Assembly: GCA_964473665.1 (NCBI GenBank)
Contig: CAYYPV010000008.1
Coordinates: 607-64,606 of the forward strand
Length of the DNA: 64,000 bases
Direction: 5' to 3'
Source of the DNA: an uncultured Candidatus Bathyarchaeia archaeon
Lineage (GTDB): Archaea; Thermoproteota; Bathyarchaeia; RBG-16-48-13; CAYPFQ01
Of this stretch, positions 40,045 through 50,650 are shown piece by piece. The position numbers and the translations under genes were made by a program. Position 1 is the stretch's first letter; every line of letters begins with the position of its first letter. Below the pieces are notes generated by a model. That model did not search any database, was not told where the DNA came from, and was given only the letters and a program-made list of their open reading frames with translations.

Positions 40045-41454
40045 GTGAAAATGCCGAAAGCCCGCCCACTCGAAATCTATGCGCTCATGCCGAAGAGTAA
40101 TTGCGGTAAATGTGGTGAATCAAATTGCATGGCGTTCGCGATTAAATTACTTGATAGATCAATAGAGTTAAATGCCTGCGTAGAACTCGACCAGCCTAAA
40201 TATAGGGATCAGAAGCAAAAGCTGACTGGACTTTTAGAACTACCAATTAAGGAGATAGTAATAGGTTCTGGCGAAAAAGCTGTAAAAATCGGCGGTGAAG
40301 AAGTGATGTACCGCCATGAATTGACGTACAATAATCCAACAGCAATTGCAATAGACGTAGATGATGAGATGACTGAGGATGAGTTACTTAGGCGAGCTAA
40401 AACTGTTGAAGAATTTCAGATAAATCGTGTAGGACAGATTTTGAGGGTAAATATGATTGCGATTAGGAACGTTTCTGGCCAAGCGGGTAAATTTGCTGAA
40501 GCTGTTTCATTCTTAGTTAAAAATTCTAAAATGCCGCTGATTCTATGCTCATTTGATGTTAATGTGTTGGAAGCGGGGTTAGCTGCATCCAAAGGTATGA
40601 ATCCTCTAATTTATGCGGCTACTAAGGATAATTGGCAGCGGGTGGGAGAGCAAGCGTTAGCGTATGACTGTCCTTTGGCAATTTTCGCTCCTAATGACCT
40701 GAAATTGCTCCGCTCATTATCCAGCTCCCTCATGGATATGGGTGTAAATAACTTAGTTTTGGATCCAGGGACATTCTCTGATGATGGACTGAGTGACACT
40801 ATAGATAATTTCACGATGTTGAGGCGGGCTGGAGTGGAGCTGGGTGACAAAAAACTAGGATTCCCCTTGATAGGAGTGCCAGCTACTGTTTGGGTTAAGG
40901 ATGGGAGAAAAAATGGATTAGATGAAATGAAAGAGTCGTATTTGGCGTCGATGCTACTTGCAAGATATGCGAGTATACTGATTATGCATAGTATTGATTC
41001 TTGGGCGCTTCTTCCAGTGCTTACCTTAAGGCAGAACCTCTATACTAACCCGAGGAAACCTGTGGCTGTGGAACCTGGATTAAAGAAGTTAGGAGAACCT
41101 GATGAAAACTCCCCAGTGTTGGTTACCTCTAACTTTGCATTAACATATTATACGGTGACAAGTGATATTGAGTCGACAAAAATTAGTTGTTATCTATTAA
41201 TAGTGGATACTGAAGGTCTAAGTGTTCAGACGTCTGTTGCAGGTAAGAAATTTACAGCCAGTAAAGTGGCTGATTTAATCAAGAGCACAGGAATTGAAGG
41301 CATGGTTAAACATAGGAAGCTGATAGTTCCAGGATATGCAGCCCGTCTTAAAGGGGATATTGAAGAGCTAACTGGCTGGGAAGTGCTTGTCGGACCAATT
41401 GATAGCTCAGGCATTTCTGCATTTTTAAAGGAAAATTGGAACCTGAAGGCGTAG
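40045..41454 (+). CDS. cdhE: Corrinoid iron-sulfur protein large (gamma) subunit
   Basis: NCGKCGESNCMAFA, GGEEVMYRHE, TSNFALTYY, VGPIDS. Confidence 0.95.
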   Translation: MKMPKARPLEIYALMPKSNCGKCGESNCMAFAIKLLDRSIELNACVELDQPKYRDQKQKLTGLLELPIKEIVIGSGEKAVKIGGEEVMYRHELTYNNPTAIAIDVDDEMTEDELLRRAKTVEEFQINRVGQILRVNMIAIRNVSGQAGKFAEAVSFLVKNSKMPLILCSFDVNVLEAGLAASKGMNPLIYAATKDNWQRVGEQALAYDCPLAIFAPNDLKLLRSLSSSLMDMGVNNLVLDPGTFSDDGLSDTIDNFTMLRRAGVELGDKKLGFPLIGVPATVWVKDGRKNGLDEMKESYLASMLLARYASILIMHSIDSWALLPVLTLRQNLYTNPRKPVAVEPGLKKLGEPDENSPVLVTSNFALTYYTVTSDIESTKISCYLLIVDTEGLSVQTSVAGKKFTASKVADLIKSTGIEGMVKHRKLIVPGYAARLKGDIEELTGWEVLVGPIDSSGISAFLKENWNLKA

Positions 41455-41473
41455 AAGGGAGGGCTGATGCGTT

Positions 41474-42247
41474 ATGACTTCGAAAAGGGGAGTAGTTGTT
41501 ACTGTTACTGGGAAAGGTGGAACGGGAAAGACTACGCTAGTTTCCTTGATGCTGAAACTTCTTTTGAGGAATGATGGAAAGAAAATACTGGTTGTTGACG
41601 CTGATCCTGCTACAAATTTACCTGACGTTCTTGATGCGCCTGTGGCAGTAACTGTTGGAATGGTTGCTACTCAGCTTAAGAAGAAAATTGCAGGTGATGA
41701 AATACCTCCAGATATGGATAAGAAAAGTTTACTTGAGGGTTTGATAATGCAGGTACTAGTTGAAAAGCCTCAGTTTGACTTATTAGCCATGGGTAGGACT
41801 GAGGGGGAAGGGTGCTACTGTCTCCTCAATAATTTACTTACCGACATCATCGACACTCTCGCGAAGAACTATGATTTAGTTTTAATCGACATGGAGGCGG
41901 GTCTTGAACACCTGAGTAGAAGAACTGCACGCGATGTCGATGTGATGTTTATACTTACGGATCCGTCAAAAATGGGTTTTCAGACGGTAAAAAGAATAAG
42001 AGATCTTGTTAATGAAGTGCATATAAAATTTAAAAAGCTCTACTTGGTTGGAAATACATTTCCTGAGAGTGCTGTTGAAATGCTTAAAGAGGAGTCAGAA
42101 AATTTAGGCGTTGAGCTGGCAGGCATAATTCCAGCGGATAATAATGTTGTATTATACAATATTGCAGGTAAATCCTTGTTAGATCTTCCTAACGATTCAC
42201 CGGCATTTACTGCTGTTAAGAGGATTCTCGATAAAGCAGGATTTTAA
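41474..42247 (+). CDS. cooC: CooC/AcsF nickel-insertion ATPase
   Basis: GKGGTGKT, DADP, GCYC, DMEAGLEHLSR. Confidence 0.92.
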   Translation: MTSKRGVVVTVTGKGGTGKTTLVSLMLKLLLRNDGKKILVVDADPATNLPDVLDAPVAVTVGMVATQLKKKIAGDEIPPDMDKKSLLEGLIMQVLVEKPQFDLLAMGRTEGEGCYCLLNNLLTDIIDTLAKNYDLVLIDMEAGLEHLSRRTARDVDVMFILTDPSKMGFQTVKRIRDLVNEVHIKFKKLYLVGNTFPESAVEMLKEESENLGVELAGIIPADNNVVLYNIAGKSLLDLPNDSPAFTAVKRILDKAGF

Positions 42248-42295
42248 GCGCAAATACGGCCCATAAGCTAAAGAGGTTTTTGATGTTTAGGCGCT

Positions 42296-43114
42296 TCATA
42301 AATTCCATCCTCTTGTTCTTAAAGCTCTAACTAGCGGGACACATACGATTGCAGCTATTAATGATTGAAAAATCCTAACTGCAGGATAATAAAGGGGACT
42401 AATTAAAAATAATAAACGAACTGCCTCAGTGGAGTATCCAAATATTCCTTTATACACAAATGGAAGCGCAAAAATTAAATTACCTACAGATGCATCCGAT
42501 TGATTTCCTACGAATGCTAGCAGAAAGAAAAATGCGAATGTGCGCTTTTGCGTCGTGGAAAATTTTTTAGCGATTAAGATTGTTGGAATGATCAGTAGCC
42601 ATGCTATTATTTTATCAAAGTTAGCAGCGATTCCTATGTAATACGTCGGAATTGTGTTTACTTTATGTACGGATGTTACTGTTCCATTCGCTATAAATAC
42701 ATACGAATTGATTGGTTGGCATAGTGGCGTAGCCCAAAAAGCTAAAGCCAAAAACCCGAGAACGATAAAGGCGACTATCCAACCGTTTTTGTATTTCGGC
42801 GATTCTGTTGACAGATTGCTACTCTTAAAAACGAATCCTGAAACCAAAGCATTCATTGGAGGGGACAGTAGGAAAGGCGCACCGAGAATAAAGCTACTTG
42901 GCGATAGTACCAAAGCGGTAACTGCACTCAGTAAAGCTGCGAGAAATCCTAAGTATGGACCGAGCATTATGCCGAAAATAGTTGCTATAGCTGCTCCTAA
43001 CCCGATTGTTGGTGCGGCAACGCCTAGGATCGGAATTCCTGGAAGTAAAGAGATAATGTAGTAAAACGCGACAAGAATAGCGATAAGAGATATTTTTCTC
43101 GTTGATAGCTTCAT
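42296..43114 (-). CDS. ECF transporter S-component-like membrane protein
   Basis: Multi-TM protein with GIMLGPYLG pattern and basic N-terminus. Confidence 0.6.
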   Translation of the reverse strand: MKLSTRKISLIAILVAFYYIISLLPGIPILGVAAPTIGLGAAIATIFGIMLGPYLGFLAALLSAVTALVLSPSSFILGAPFLLSPPMNALVSGFVFKSSNLSTESPKYKNGWIVAFIVLGFLALAFWATPLCQPINSYVFIANGTVTSVHKVNTIPTYYIGIAANFDKIIAWLLIIPTILIAKKFSTTQKRTFAFFFLLAFVGNQSDASVGNLIFALPFVYKGIFGYSTEAVRLLFLISPLYYPAVRIFQSLIAAIVCVPLVRALRTRGWNL

Positions 43115-43208
43115 AGGTTTAACCTAGTGTAGTTTTCTACATAGAGAGGCATTTAATTACATGGCATATTTATATGTTATATTTACTCGTTAGTTTGGAG
43201 CGATAAGT

Positions 43209-43700
43209 ATGGAAGAATTATGGCCTTACATTTTGCCATTACCGACAAAATCGACGCAACAATACAAAATTTTACTGTCGATCTTTAAATACAAAGCATC
43301 CCCGCAAATATTAAAGTCCATTTCAGTGGATAAACTAACTTATCAAAAGGACTTAATTAAAAAACTTCGTCCTTACTCTAACAAAACTGTCATTCAAAGT
43401 TTGAATACCCTAGTAGGCGCAGGAATTCTTGAAGAGGGAATGAAAAAAATTGTTATTAAAGGCAAGGGTGTTTGGGTTAAATGGTATAAACCTACCTCCC
43501 TTGGGAAGTGGCTTGTTCTATTCCTTATTCCACTAAAGCAAATTCCGCGCAATGAGGTAGAGAGAACTTTGAAGGAACTTTTTGAATTCTACGTTAAAAG
43601 CACCGTTAACTTCTGTGTAAATTATGGTATAGATCCTCAGTCCATAAAAAAGACCTTTGAAGAAACTTATCAACGAGCTGTGGCTGTGCACCTTGGATAG
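43209..43700 (+). CDS. Winged-helix domain protein
   Basis: YQKDL...SNKTVIQSLNTLVGAGIL...WYKPTSLG. Confidence 0.6.
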   Translation: MEELWPYILPLPTKSTQQYKILLSIFKYKASPQILKSISVDKLTYQKDLIKKLRPYSNKTVIQSLNTLVGAGILEEGMKKIVIKGKGVWVKWYKPTSLGKWLVLFLIPLKQIPRNEVERTLKELFEFYVKSTVNFCVNYGIDPQSIKKTFEETYQRAVAVHLG

Positions 43701-44712
43701 AAAAAATGTAGGCCGTTTGAGGGCGGTTGAAGAAATTACGAATGCTGCTCAGCTTGCAGCCCTTTTAGAGGTTAGCGGCTGGCCTAAGCCGGGTAATGTA
43801 CATAGAACCGCTAATCTTCCCGATACGCGGTACGAGCATTTTCTCGCTGGAGCGGTTGCTATGGGTGCGGCTGTCAAAAATGCGGCTATCAGCGGAGTTA
43901 AAGCTGGCGAAGGCAAAATTAAGTTAGATGAAATAGGTGTTGGGAACCAAATTAAGAAGATGGTTTCTGACATTAAGAACTCGCATTTTGGAGGGAATAC
44001 TCACCTCGGCGTAAGTTTGCTTTTTATTCCCTTAGCTGCATCCGCTGGTAAAACTTATGTGGAAGATGATAAAATAGACGCAAAAAACCTTCGTAAAAAT
44101 TTAGAGCTTATTATGCGTTCGACAACTCCTAGAGATGCTGCCATGGTATACGATGCCATCCTGATGGTGAGTTCAGTGGAAGAGTTAGGTAAAATGAAGG
44201 ATGTGAAGAGCCCTGACCTCTACGATGAGAGCGCAAAGAGGAGGCTTCTTGAAAATAAGATTTCGCTTCATGAAGTAATGAGGGAATCCTCGAAGTTTGA
44301 TGACGATGCAAAAGAGCTGGTTACCGGGATGAGAACGTCTTTTGAAATTGGTTACCCTACAATTATAAAAGTTTTCAGAGAAACTGGTGACATCAATATA
44401 GCCACTGTGCACACTTTTTTGACAATTCTCTCAAAGTCTCCTGATACATTCATTGCAAGAAAAATTGGATTAAAAGAGGAGGTATATATAACTGAAGCAG
44501 TGATGGTCGGTAGGAAAAAGTCTAAGTGGATTTCGGAAACGGCTGAATCGATTCTTAAATTAGGCGGTCTAAAAACAAAGGAAGGAAGAAGAGCTCTTTA
44601 TGGGTTTGACAGATTACTTCATCGCGCTGGTGGTGAACTGAACCCTGGCACATCAGCTGATTTGACAGCGGCTTCTCTCTTTATCGCAATCCTATGCGGA
44701 TTGCGGTTTTAG
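43657..44712 (+). CDS. citG: Triphosphoribosyl-dephospho-CoA synthase (CitG)-like protein
   Basis: LLEV..PKPGNVHR, NTHLG, PDTFIARK, NPGTSADL. True start may be slightly downstream. Confidence 0.85.
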   Translation: MKKLINELWLCTLDRKNVGRLRAVEEITNAAQLAALLEVSGWPKPGNVHRTANLPDTRYEHFLAGAVAMGAAVKNAAISGVKAGEGKIKLDEIGVGNQIKKMVSDIKNSHFGGNTHLGVSLLFIPLAASAGKTYVEDDKIDAKNLRKNLELIMRSTTPRDAAMVYDAILMVSSVEELGKMKDVKSPDLYDESAKRRLLENKISLHEVMRESSKFDDDAKELVTGMRTSFEIGYPTIIKVFRETGDINIATVHTFLTILSKSPDTFIARKIGLKEEVYITEAVMVGRKKSKWISETAESILKLGGLKTKEGRRALYGFDRLLHRAGGELNPGTSADLTAASLFIAILCGLRF

Positions 44713-44766
44713 CTTTTAAAGTAAATTCCTATTTGAAATCACTTATTACTTCAACTTGCCATAACT

Positions 44767-45774
44767 TCAACCGTTTAGTTGTAGCGTTTTTTTAAGAAGT
44801 GCTATATCCAACTTTCCCGCATTATATTTTTTTTCTGTTTTAATGTCTGTGATTGTTACTTTAGCCACTGAGAAAAGTTCAGGGTCAATCTTATAGAAAT
44901 CGAAATTCGCCTTTTTTAGGATGTCATAGAATGGGATTCCGTATTCTTTTGATGCTGATGATGGCATGCGTGAAATTAATTTATCAATTTCCATTTTTCC
45001 TATTTCTGCTTCGTACCAAGCTTGGCCAGCTGCTAGAAGCATATCGTTAACGCGTCCCATCATCTGCGAATTATCAGAAACCACAGGCGCAATAGGAGCT
45101 AAACCTGTAGCGGATTTAACTTTTCTCACGTCGAAGCCCAAGTTCCGAAGTTTAAGCAGACCCGCTTCTACAGCCCGTCCTGAAACCTGTGTGCTTCCAG
45201 CTAGTGAAGTTGTTGGTGCGACTAGGACGTAGAGTCTTTTTGGATCCACATGACATGCTTTTGCAAGTTCTTTAAGCAGGCTGTCTGTTGGAGGAGCCGC
45301 TGATTCTAGGACTATAACGGCTACATTTGAGCGCTCACTGTAATTCAGCAGTTCATATATTTCACGCGGTTTTTCGGCTAAAATGCGGGCTGGACCGCTT
45401 CCCATTGCAAAATACTCTTCGCTTTTAATTTTCCATCCAGCCATCTGCGAACCTAGACATGCAATAGCAGGTGAATCAGTGGATACTGAGATTGCTGGTA
45501 GAGAATAGCTGTTGAAATGCATTTCAGTTAATCCAACTTTACCTAATCCGGCTAGACAGATCTCTGTTAGGCTTTTACCTGCCTCGTAACTACCTTTGAC
45601 TTTAATTCCGCAGTCAACTATTGTTGCACCATCACCGGATTTTTTTACCTCAATTTTTAGTTTGTCAGAATTATCGATCATCAGATCTACGAGTCTTTTC
45701 GCTTTAATATTTAAAGAGAATTGAGACGGATTTTTTTTTAGGTCAGGATTGTTTTCTTTGTTGTAATTGCGCAT
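44767..45774 (-). CDS. mch: Methenyl-tetrahydromethanopterin cyclohydrolase
   Basis: ACLGSQMAGW, MGSGPAR, GSTQVSGR, DFYKIDP. Confidence 0.95.
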   Translation of the reverse strand: MRNYNKENNPDLKKNPSQFSLNIKAKRLVDLMIDNSDKLKIEVKKSGDGATIVDCGIKVKGSYEAGKSLTEICLAGLGKVGLTEMHFNSYSLPAISVSTDSPAIACLGSQMAGWKIKSEEYFAMGSGPARILAEKPREIYELLNYSERSNVAVIVLESAAPPTDSLLKELAKACHVDPKRLYVLVAPTTSLAGSTQVSGRAVEAGLLKLRNLGFDVRKVKSATGLAPIAPVVSDNSQMMGRVNDMLLAAGQAWYEAEIGKMEIDKLISRMPSSASKEYGIPFYDILKKANFDFYKIDPELFSVAKVTITDIKTEKKYNAGKLDIALLKKTLQLNG

Positions 45775-45993
45775 TGTTCAGCCTTCCATGTATTTGCATA
45801 CATTTGCCTTTCCGTAGCTTTGATTGATATCTCACATAATCTATCTTACACAATAAGAGACATTTATCCATCTTGCTGCTTATGTTGGCTGATGTAGAGA
45901 GAATTCGAAGTAGGTTGTCTGAAGCATAATTGCGTAAAGTCTATATTAAGAGGAAATTATGAACATCAAATCACAGATTAGGAATGTTGGAGA

Positions 45994-46917
45994 ATGAAGG
46001 AAACACTGAAGGACGTAATAATTTTCTTAGATACTGACAAACATGTGAGCCCCTTTGATCAATTGATTATATCTGATAATTTCCCTAATGTCCAAATTTT
46101 TAATTACAGTCAAGTTGAGCCTTCGGAAGCGGCGACATTAATTCAGGATGCTATGTTTCCGCGAGGCCCTAAAGGCGCAGTTCACACGAAGATTTTCATC
46201 GGTGGATATGACATTGAAAAAGCTGAAGGAATTTTAAAAATTGCTAAGGCTACTATGTTTCCTCCATTTGAGTTGGCGATAATAGTTGACCCTAGAGGCG
46301 CGAATACAACCGCTTCAAGCATGGTGGCAAAGGTTTTTGAAAATTTAAGCAAAATAAAGTTCGGCGGATTTATCGGAAAGAAAGTTACGATCCTAGGTGG
46401 AACTGGACCTGTTGGTCAAGTTTGCGCAAAAATAATGTCGCAGGAAGGTGCTGATGTAACGATTACTTCAAGGCATATTGAGAAAGCTAATGCAACAACG
46501 GAGAAGCTGAGCGTTGAATCTAAAGCGGATAGGATTCGCGGAGTGCAGGTATCCAGCCTAGAAGAAGCGGCGAAGGCTGTTAGGGATGCTGAGATAGTTT
46601 TGGCTACGGGCTCTGCGGGTGTGCAGCTTTTACCCTTGAGCATTTTGAAAGAACAGGCGAAACAATGTAAAGTTGTCGCTGATGTGAACGCCGTTGCGCC
46701 TTATGGAATTGAGGGTCTCAATCCTAATGATGACGGAGCGGAATTTTCTACGGGTATTTTGGGAGTTGGGGCTCTCGCTATAGGTTCGTTAAAAAATGAG
46801 GTTGAAGTTAAGCTGATAGGTAAAGCGTTAGAGTCTCAAAAGGGAATATTTGATTTTAAAGTTGCCTATGAAATAGCTAAGTCCTTAATAAAATGGCCTG
46901 ACAGTTTGGTTTTGTAA
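45994..46917 (+). CDS. NAD(P)-dependent methylene-H4MPT/H4F dehydrogenase (MtdA/MtdB-like)
   Basis: HVSPFD, DAMFPRGP, IFIGG, DPRGANTTA, GGTGPVG, DVNAVAPYGIEG. Confidence 0.85.
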   Translation: MKETLKDVIIFLDTDKHVSPFDQLIISDNFPNVQIFNYSQVEPSEAATLIQDAMFPRGPKGAVHTKIFIGGYDIEKAEGILKIAKATMFPPFELAIIVDPRGANTTASSMVAKVFENLSKIKFGGFIGKKVTILGGTGPVGQVCAKIMSQEGADVTITSRHIEKANATTEKLSVESKADRIRGVQVSSLEEAAKAVRDAEIVLATGSAGVQLLPLSILKEQAKQCKVVADVNAVAPYGIEGLNPNDDGAEFSTGILGVGALAIGSLKNEVEVKLIGKALESQKGIFDFKVAYEIAKSLIKWPDSLVL

Positions 46918-46987
46918 TCAGGCGCTGGAGAATCGATTAACTAGCTTAATAAATCTTATATATGTTAAAGAATTTAGAGATATTGTC

Positions 46988-48031
46988 GTGAAAAAAATGG
47001 AAGAGGCAGAATCAAAATATCTTGCAGATCAAGAGAGAATCGCGTTAGCCGCAAAGATGTCTAAGCCTCAAGTCTGCGTTATAGGAATTGGAGGAGCTGG
47101 TTGCAATATTGTATCTTGGATAAAGCAGAAGGGAATGATTGGAGGCAAACTTATTGCCATAAACACTGATGCAAATCACTTATCCATTACTAAAGCGGAT
47201 AAACGCATTTTAATAGGTGAGAAGACCACCCACGGTCAAGGAGCCGGCGGATACCCTGAGAAAGGAGTAGCTGCAATTAAGGAAAATCTTGATGAAGTTG
47301 AAAAAGAAATAGCAGGCGCAAATATTATCTTCGTTGTGGCCGGTCTCGGTGGAGGTACTGGAACAGGTGCTTCGGCTGCATTAACCGAAGCATTAAAGGA
47401 TTCAGGTGCTTTACTCGTAGGAGTTGTCACATTACCATTCGCTATCGAGAGAGTTCGGATGGATACTGCAAGAAAAGGTATTGAGCGTCTTAAGAAGGCT
47501 TGCGACACGGTCGTCACTATTGATAATAACAAGTTAGTGAAAGTTGCTGGTGAACTGCCGTTCCAAGATGCCCTCGGCGTAGCTAACGAGCTTGTAGGAG
47601 TTTTCGTTAAGGAAATTACTGAGACAATAACGACTGCTAGTCTAATCAACTTAGACTATGCAGATTTAAGAACTATTATGGAGAAAAAAGGTATAGCTGC
47701 TATAGGATCAGGCTTAACCAAAGGAAAAGACAGAGTGGAAAAAGCGGTTAAGATAGCTCTGGAAGCACAGTTACTGGACATAAATGATGTCACTAAGGCG
47801 TTTGGAGTGCTGATTCATGTTTCAGGCGGAAAAGATTTAACACTTGAAGAGGTCTACCACTCGGGAGAGCTGGTCACGAGAGCGGTTTCACCCAAGTCGA
47901 AGATTGTCTGGGGAGCCAGGGTAAACCCCGAAATGAAAGGAGAAGCCCACGTATTCGTCTGCTTAACCGGTGTTGAAAGCGCATTCCTACTGCAACAAGA
48001 ACAGAGGCCTCGCCGCTTAAGAATCTTTTAA
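46988..48031 (+). CDS. ftsZ: Cell division protein FtsZ
   Basis: GIGGAGCN, INTD, GAGG, GLGGGTGTG, INLDYADL. Confidence 0.95.
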   Translation: MKKMEEAESKYLADQERIALAAKMSKPQVCVIGIGGAGCNIVSWIKQKGMIGGKLIAINTDANHLSITKADKRILIGEKTTHGQGAGGYPEKGVAAIKENLDEVEKEIAGANIIFVVAGLGGGTGTGASAALTEALKDSGALLVGVVTLPFAIERVRMDTARKGIERLKKACDTVVTIDNNKLVKVAGELPFQDALGVANELVGVFVKEITETITTASLINLDYADLRTIMEKKGIAAIGSGLTKGKDRVEKAVKIALEAQLLDINDVTKAFGVLIHVSGGKDLTLEEVYHSGELVTRAVSPKSKIVWGARVNPEMKGEAHVFVCLTGVESAFLLQQEQRPRRLRIF

Positions 48032-48332
48032 CTCCACATAAACTTCTGTTATTTTTGGTTTCCATTAATTCGTCAGTAGAGACCAAAAAAAATTGCTGGG
48101 CTGTATTTTCTATATTCTAATTTGGTTTTTACCGTGGCACATTCAAAAGACAGATCATTCTCCATGAGAGAAACCATGTTGACAAAGTTTTATCGTTATT
48201 AAGCACTCTTAATTTTTACTGAGTTACATGCTCCGACGAAAGGATGATACTCTGAGCATAATAGAGAAGTTTCCTGTGCGGCTAGAAAAATTTAAATAAT
48301 GTAAATTCTCAACTTAGAGTAAGGTAAGAAAA

Positions 48333-48656
48333 ATGTCCAAGAAAACTAAGAGTGCCCAGAAATCTAAGAAAGCCGAGATTAATGAAAGTGAATATTGGTG
48401 TACACCAACCGAGAGGATGTCTTGCTGCCAGATGGAGGGAGTGATAAGCGTAGATCAACGAGGACAGATAGCCCTTCCAAAAGAGCTAAGAGATAAGGCA
48501 AACATCCGGGCTGGCGATAAACTAGCGGTTATAAGTTGCGAAGAGGGAAAAACTTGGTCAATCTCTTTGACTAAGGCTGAAAATGTCACAAAAGGTTCAA
48601 TCGCGAACATTGATCTCGGGTATTGTATGGTTGCAGTAAAACCCAAGACTCGTTGA
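48333..48656 (+). CDS. AbrB/SpoVT-domain protein with CC motif (HgcC-like)
   Basis: SCCQMEGVISVDQRGQIALPKELRDKANIRAGDKL. Confidence 0.75.
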   Translation: MSKKTKSAQKSKKAEINESEYWCTPTERMSCCQMEGVISVDQRGQIALPKELRDKANIRAGDKLAVISCEEGKTWSISLTKAENVTKGSIANIDLGYCMVAVKPKTR

Positions 48657-49065
48657 AGAACGCCATAAAAGAATGCTTAAGCAGCTTATTGGGTTCGGAA
48701 TGAAGGATAAGTATCGGCGAACATGAAGTCTCATCTTTAAGTGTAACCAATTTTTGTGAATCATCTAAGCTTTTTCCATGAGTAATCTGCCAGGCGATTA
48801 TATGTCTGAACTTTGTAAGGTTCGGTTTAACTAAATTATCCTGACCAAAACTTTTTCCTCTTAATCATTATTCGAGCATTAACTCAGGAAATTGAAATGT
48901 TTTTCGTCTACAGATTTTCTAATATACTTAGCGTTAAAAGATACATTAAAATCTAGAGGCGCCTAATAACTGAGTGTACACTGTGATTTACCCTAAAGCG
49001 CATATTTGGCTATAATATTGCCTGATAGTTGCTAAAATTAACTAGGTAATTTGAGGACATAATCC

Positions 49066-49722
49066 ATGATAATAACTGAGTTGAAACCGCTAGAAGAGAT
49101 ACTGAGCGCTGTTAAGGGATACCAAAATGTGTTAATAGCTTCTTGCGGAGGCTGTGCCACAGTTTATAGAACCGGGGGGAGAACGGAGGCAGAGACCTTG
49201 AAGAGTTCACTTCAAGCTAAGGGAATAAAGTCAAATGTAGCTTTAGTTACACGCCAATGTAATAAACAGATGGTGGAGAGCACGCTTCGACCTTTGATTG
49301 GGAACTATGATATCGTGGTATCAACGGCGTGCGGAGTTGGGCCGCAGACCATATCCGACGTATTTAAAAGTGTCCCGATTTTTTCAGCTCAGAATACTAG
49401 GTTCATTTCTATGTATAATCCTGAAGTTGAAAAGTTTTCTGAGTACTGTAATGCGTGCGGTGAATGTATTCTTAATTTTACCGGCACTGTCTGCCCAATA
49501 ACTCGATGCGCTAAGGGCATGTTAAACGGTCCCTGCGGAGGACAAAGCAATGGTAAATGCGAGGTCGGCGGATGGAAGAATGACTGCGCATGGACACTAA
49601 TTTACGACCGATTAAAGGCTCAGGGCAAGCTGGATGCACTCAAGAAATTTACACCTCCAAGAGATTATCGTCATTCTAATAGCCCACGCCACATTTTGAG
49701 AGAAAGAAAGGAGACTGCTTGA
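49066..49722 (+). CDS. metV: MetV-like Fe-S/zinc subunit of methylene-THF reductase
   Basis: CGGCA, RQC, ACGVG, CNACGEC, CPITRCAKGMLNGPCGG, CAW. Confidence 0.85.
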   Translation: MIITELKPLEEILSAVKGYQNVLIASCGGCATVYRTGGRTEAETLKSSLQAKGIKSNVALVTRQCNKQMVESTLRPLIGNYDIVVSTACGVGPQTISDVFKSVPIFSAQNTRFISMYNPEVEKFSEYCNACGECILNFTGTVCPITRCAKGMLNGPCGGQSNGKCEVGGWKNDCAWTLIYDRLKAQGKLDALKKFTPPRDYRHSNSPRHILRERKETA

Positions 49723-50633
49723 TGGAGCAAATTTACAGCAGCCTGATGAAAAGTCTGAGTGATGGAAAATTCGTTTTCACCGGAGAAATTGAGCCTAGAA
49801 AAACTACTAGTTTAAATGAGATCATTGAAACGGCGAAAGTTCTGAAGAAATATGTTGTAGCAGCCAACCTAACCGACAACCCAGCTGGAATGGCTTTTAT
49901 GAACTCTCTTGTTCCATCATACATTATTCAAAAAGAAGTAGGCCTAGAGGCGGTTTACCAAATCACTTGTCGAGATAGAAATAGAATAGCGATTTTCTCA
50001 GATTTGCTTGCAGCTGGCGCCTTGGGAATTAAAAATGTCCTTGCAATAACAGGCGATCACCCTGCATTAGGCGATAACCCTCAGGCTAAACCTGTTTTCG
50101 ATTTAGACTCACAGCAACTAGTTTACATGATACGCAAGATGGTGGATGAAGGAGTTGATTTGACTGGACATAAAATAGAGAACCCTCCAAAGTTTCATGT
50201 GGGCGTAGCTGCATCACCAGCAGTTAAGCCGTTAGAACCTGAAATAATTAAGCTTGAAAGAAAAGCGGAGTTAGGAGCAGAATTTGTACAAACACAGATT
50301 GTCTATGATATAGAAGTAGCGAAAAAATTCCTAGCGGATACAAACCACATTAAGATTCCGATAATTATTGGGGTTTGCCCCCTAAAATCAGTGGGTATGG
50401 CTGAGTGGATGTCTAAAAACTTGCCAGGCGTAATGATTCCGAGTGAGCTGATTGATAGATTAAAAAAAGCTGAAGAAAAAGGTAAAGATGCAATAATGCA
50501 GGAGAATATAGCGATTTTTAGAGAATTCATAAAAGAACTTAAGAATACACGCGCTTCAGGAGCTCACTTGATGGCCGTCCATTATCCGATGACTGAATTA
50601 AACTTTCTTTTAAACGGCATACTAAGTGTTTAA
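49719..50633 (+). CDS. metF: Methylenetetrahydrofolate reductase
   Basis: GEIEP, NLTDNP, TCRDRNR, ITGD, GAEFVQTQ; overlaps the metV stop. Confidence 0.9.
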   Translation: MMEQIYSSLMKSLSDGKFVFTGEIEPRKTTSLNEIIETAKVLKKYVVAANLTDNPAGMAFMNSLVPSYIIQKEVGLEAVYQITCRDRNRIAIFSDLLAAGALGIKNVLAITGDHPALGDNPQAKPVFDLDSQQLVYMIRKMVDEGVDLTGHKIENPPKFHVGVAASPAVKPLEPEIIKLERKAELGAEFVQTQIVYDIEVAKKFLADTNHIKIPIIIGVCPLKSVGMAEWMSKNLPGVMIPSELIDRLKKAEEKGKDAIMQENIAIFREFIKELKNTRASGAHLMAVHYPMTELNFLLNGILSV

Positions 50634-50650
50634 CTTCGGAACAGCAGCTA

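Noticed and set aside
40045..41454. Possible HgcA mercury methylase, given the HgcC-like gene nearby
   Set aside because: The cap-helix region reads GLSVQTSVAGKK rather than NVWCAAGK, there is no TM domain, and it lies in the cdh operon, so it is ordinary CdhE.
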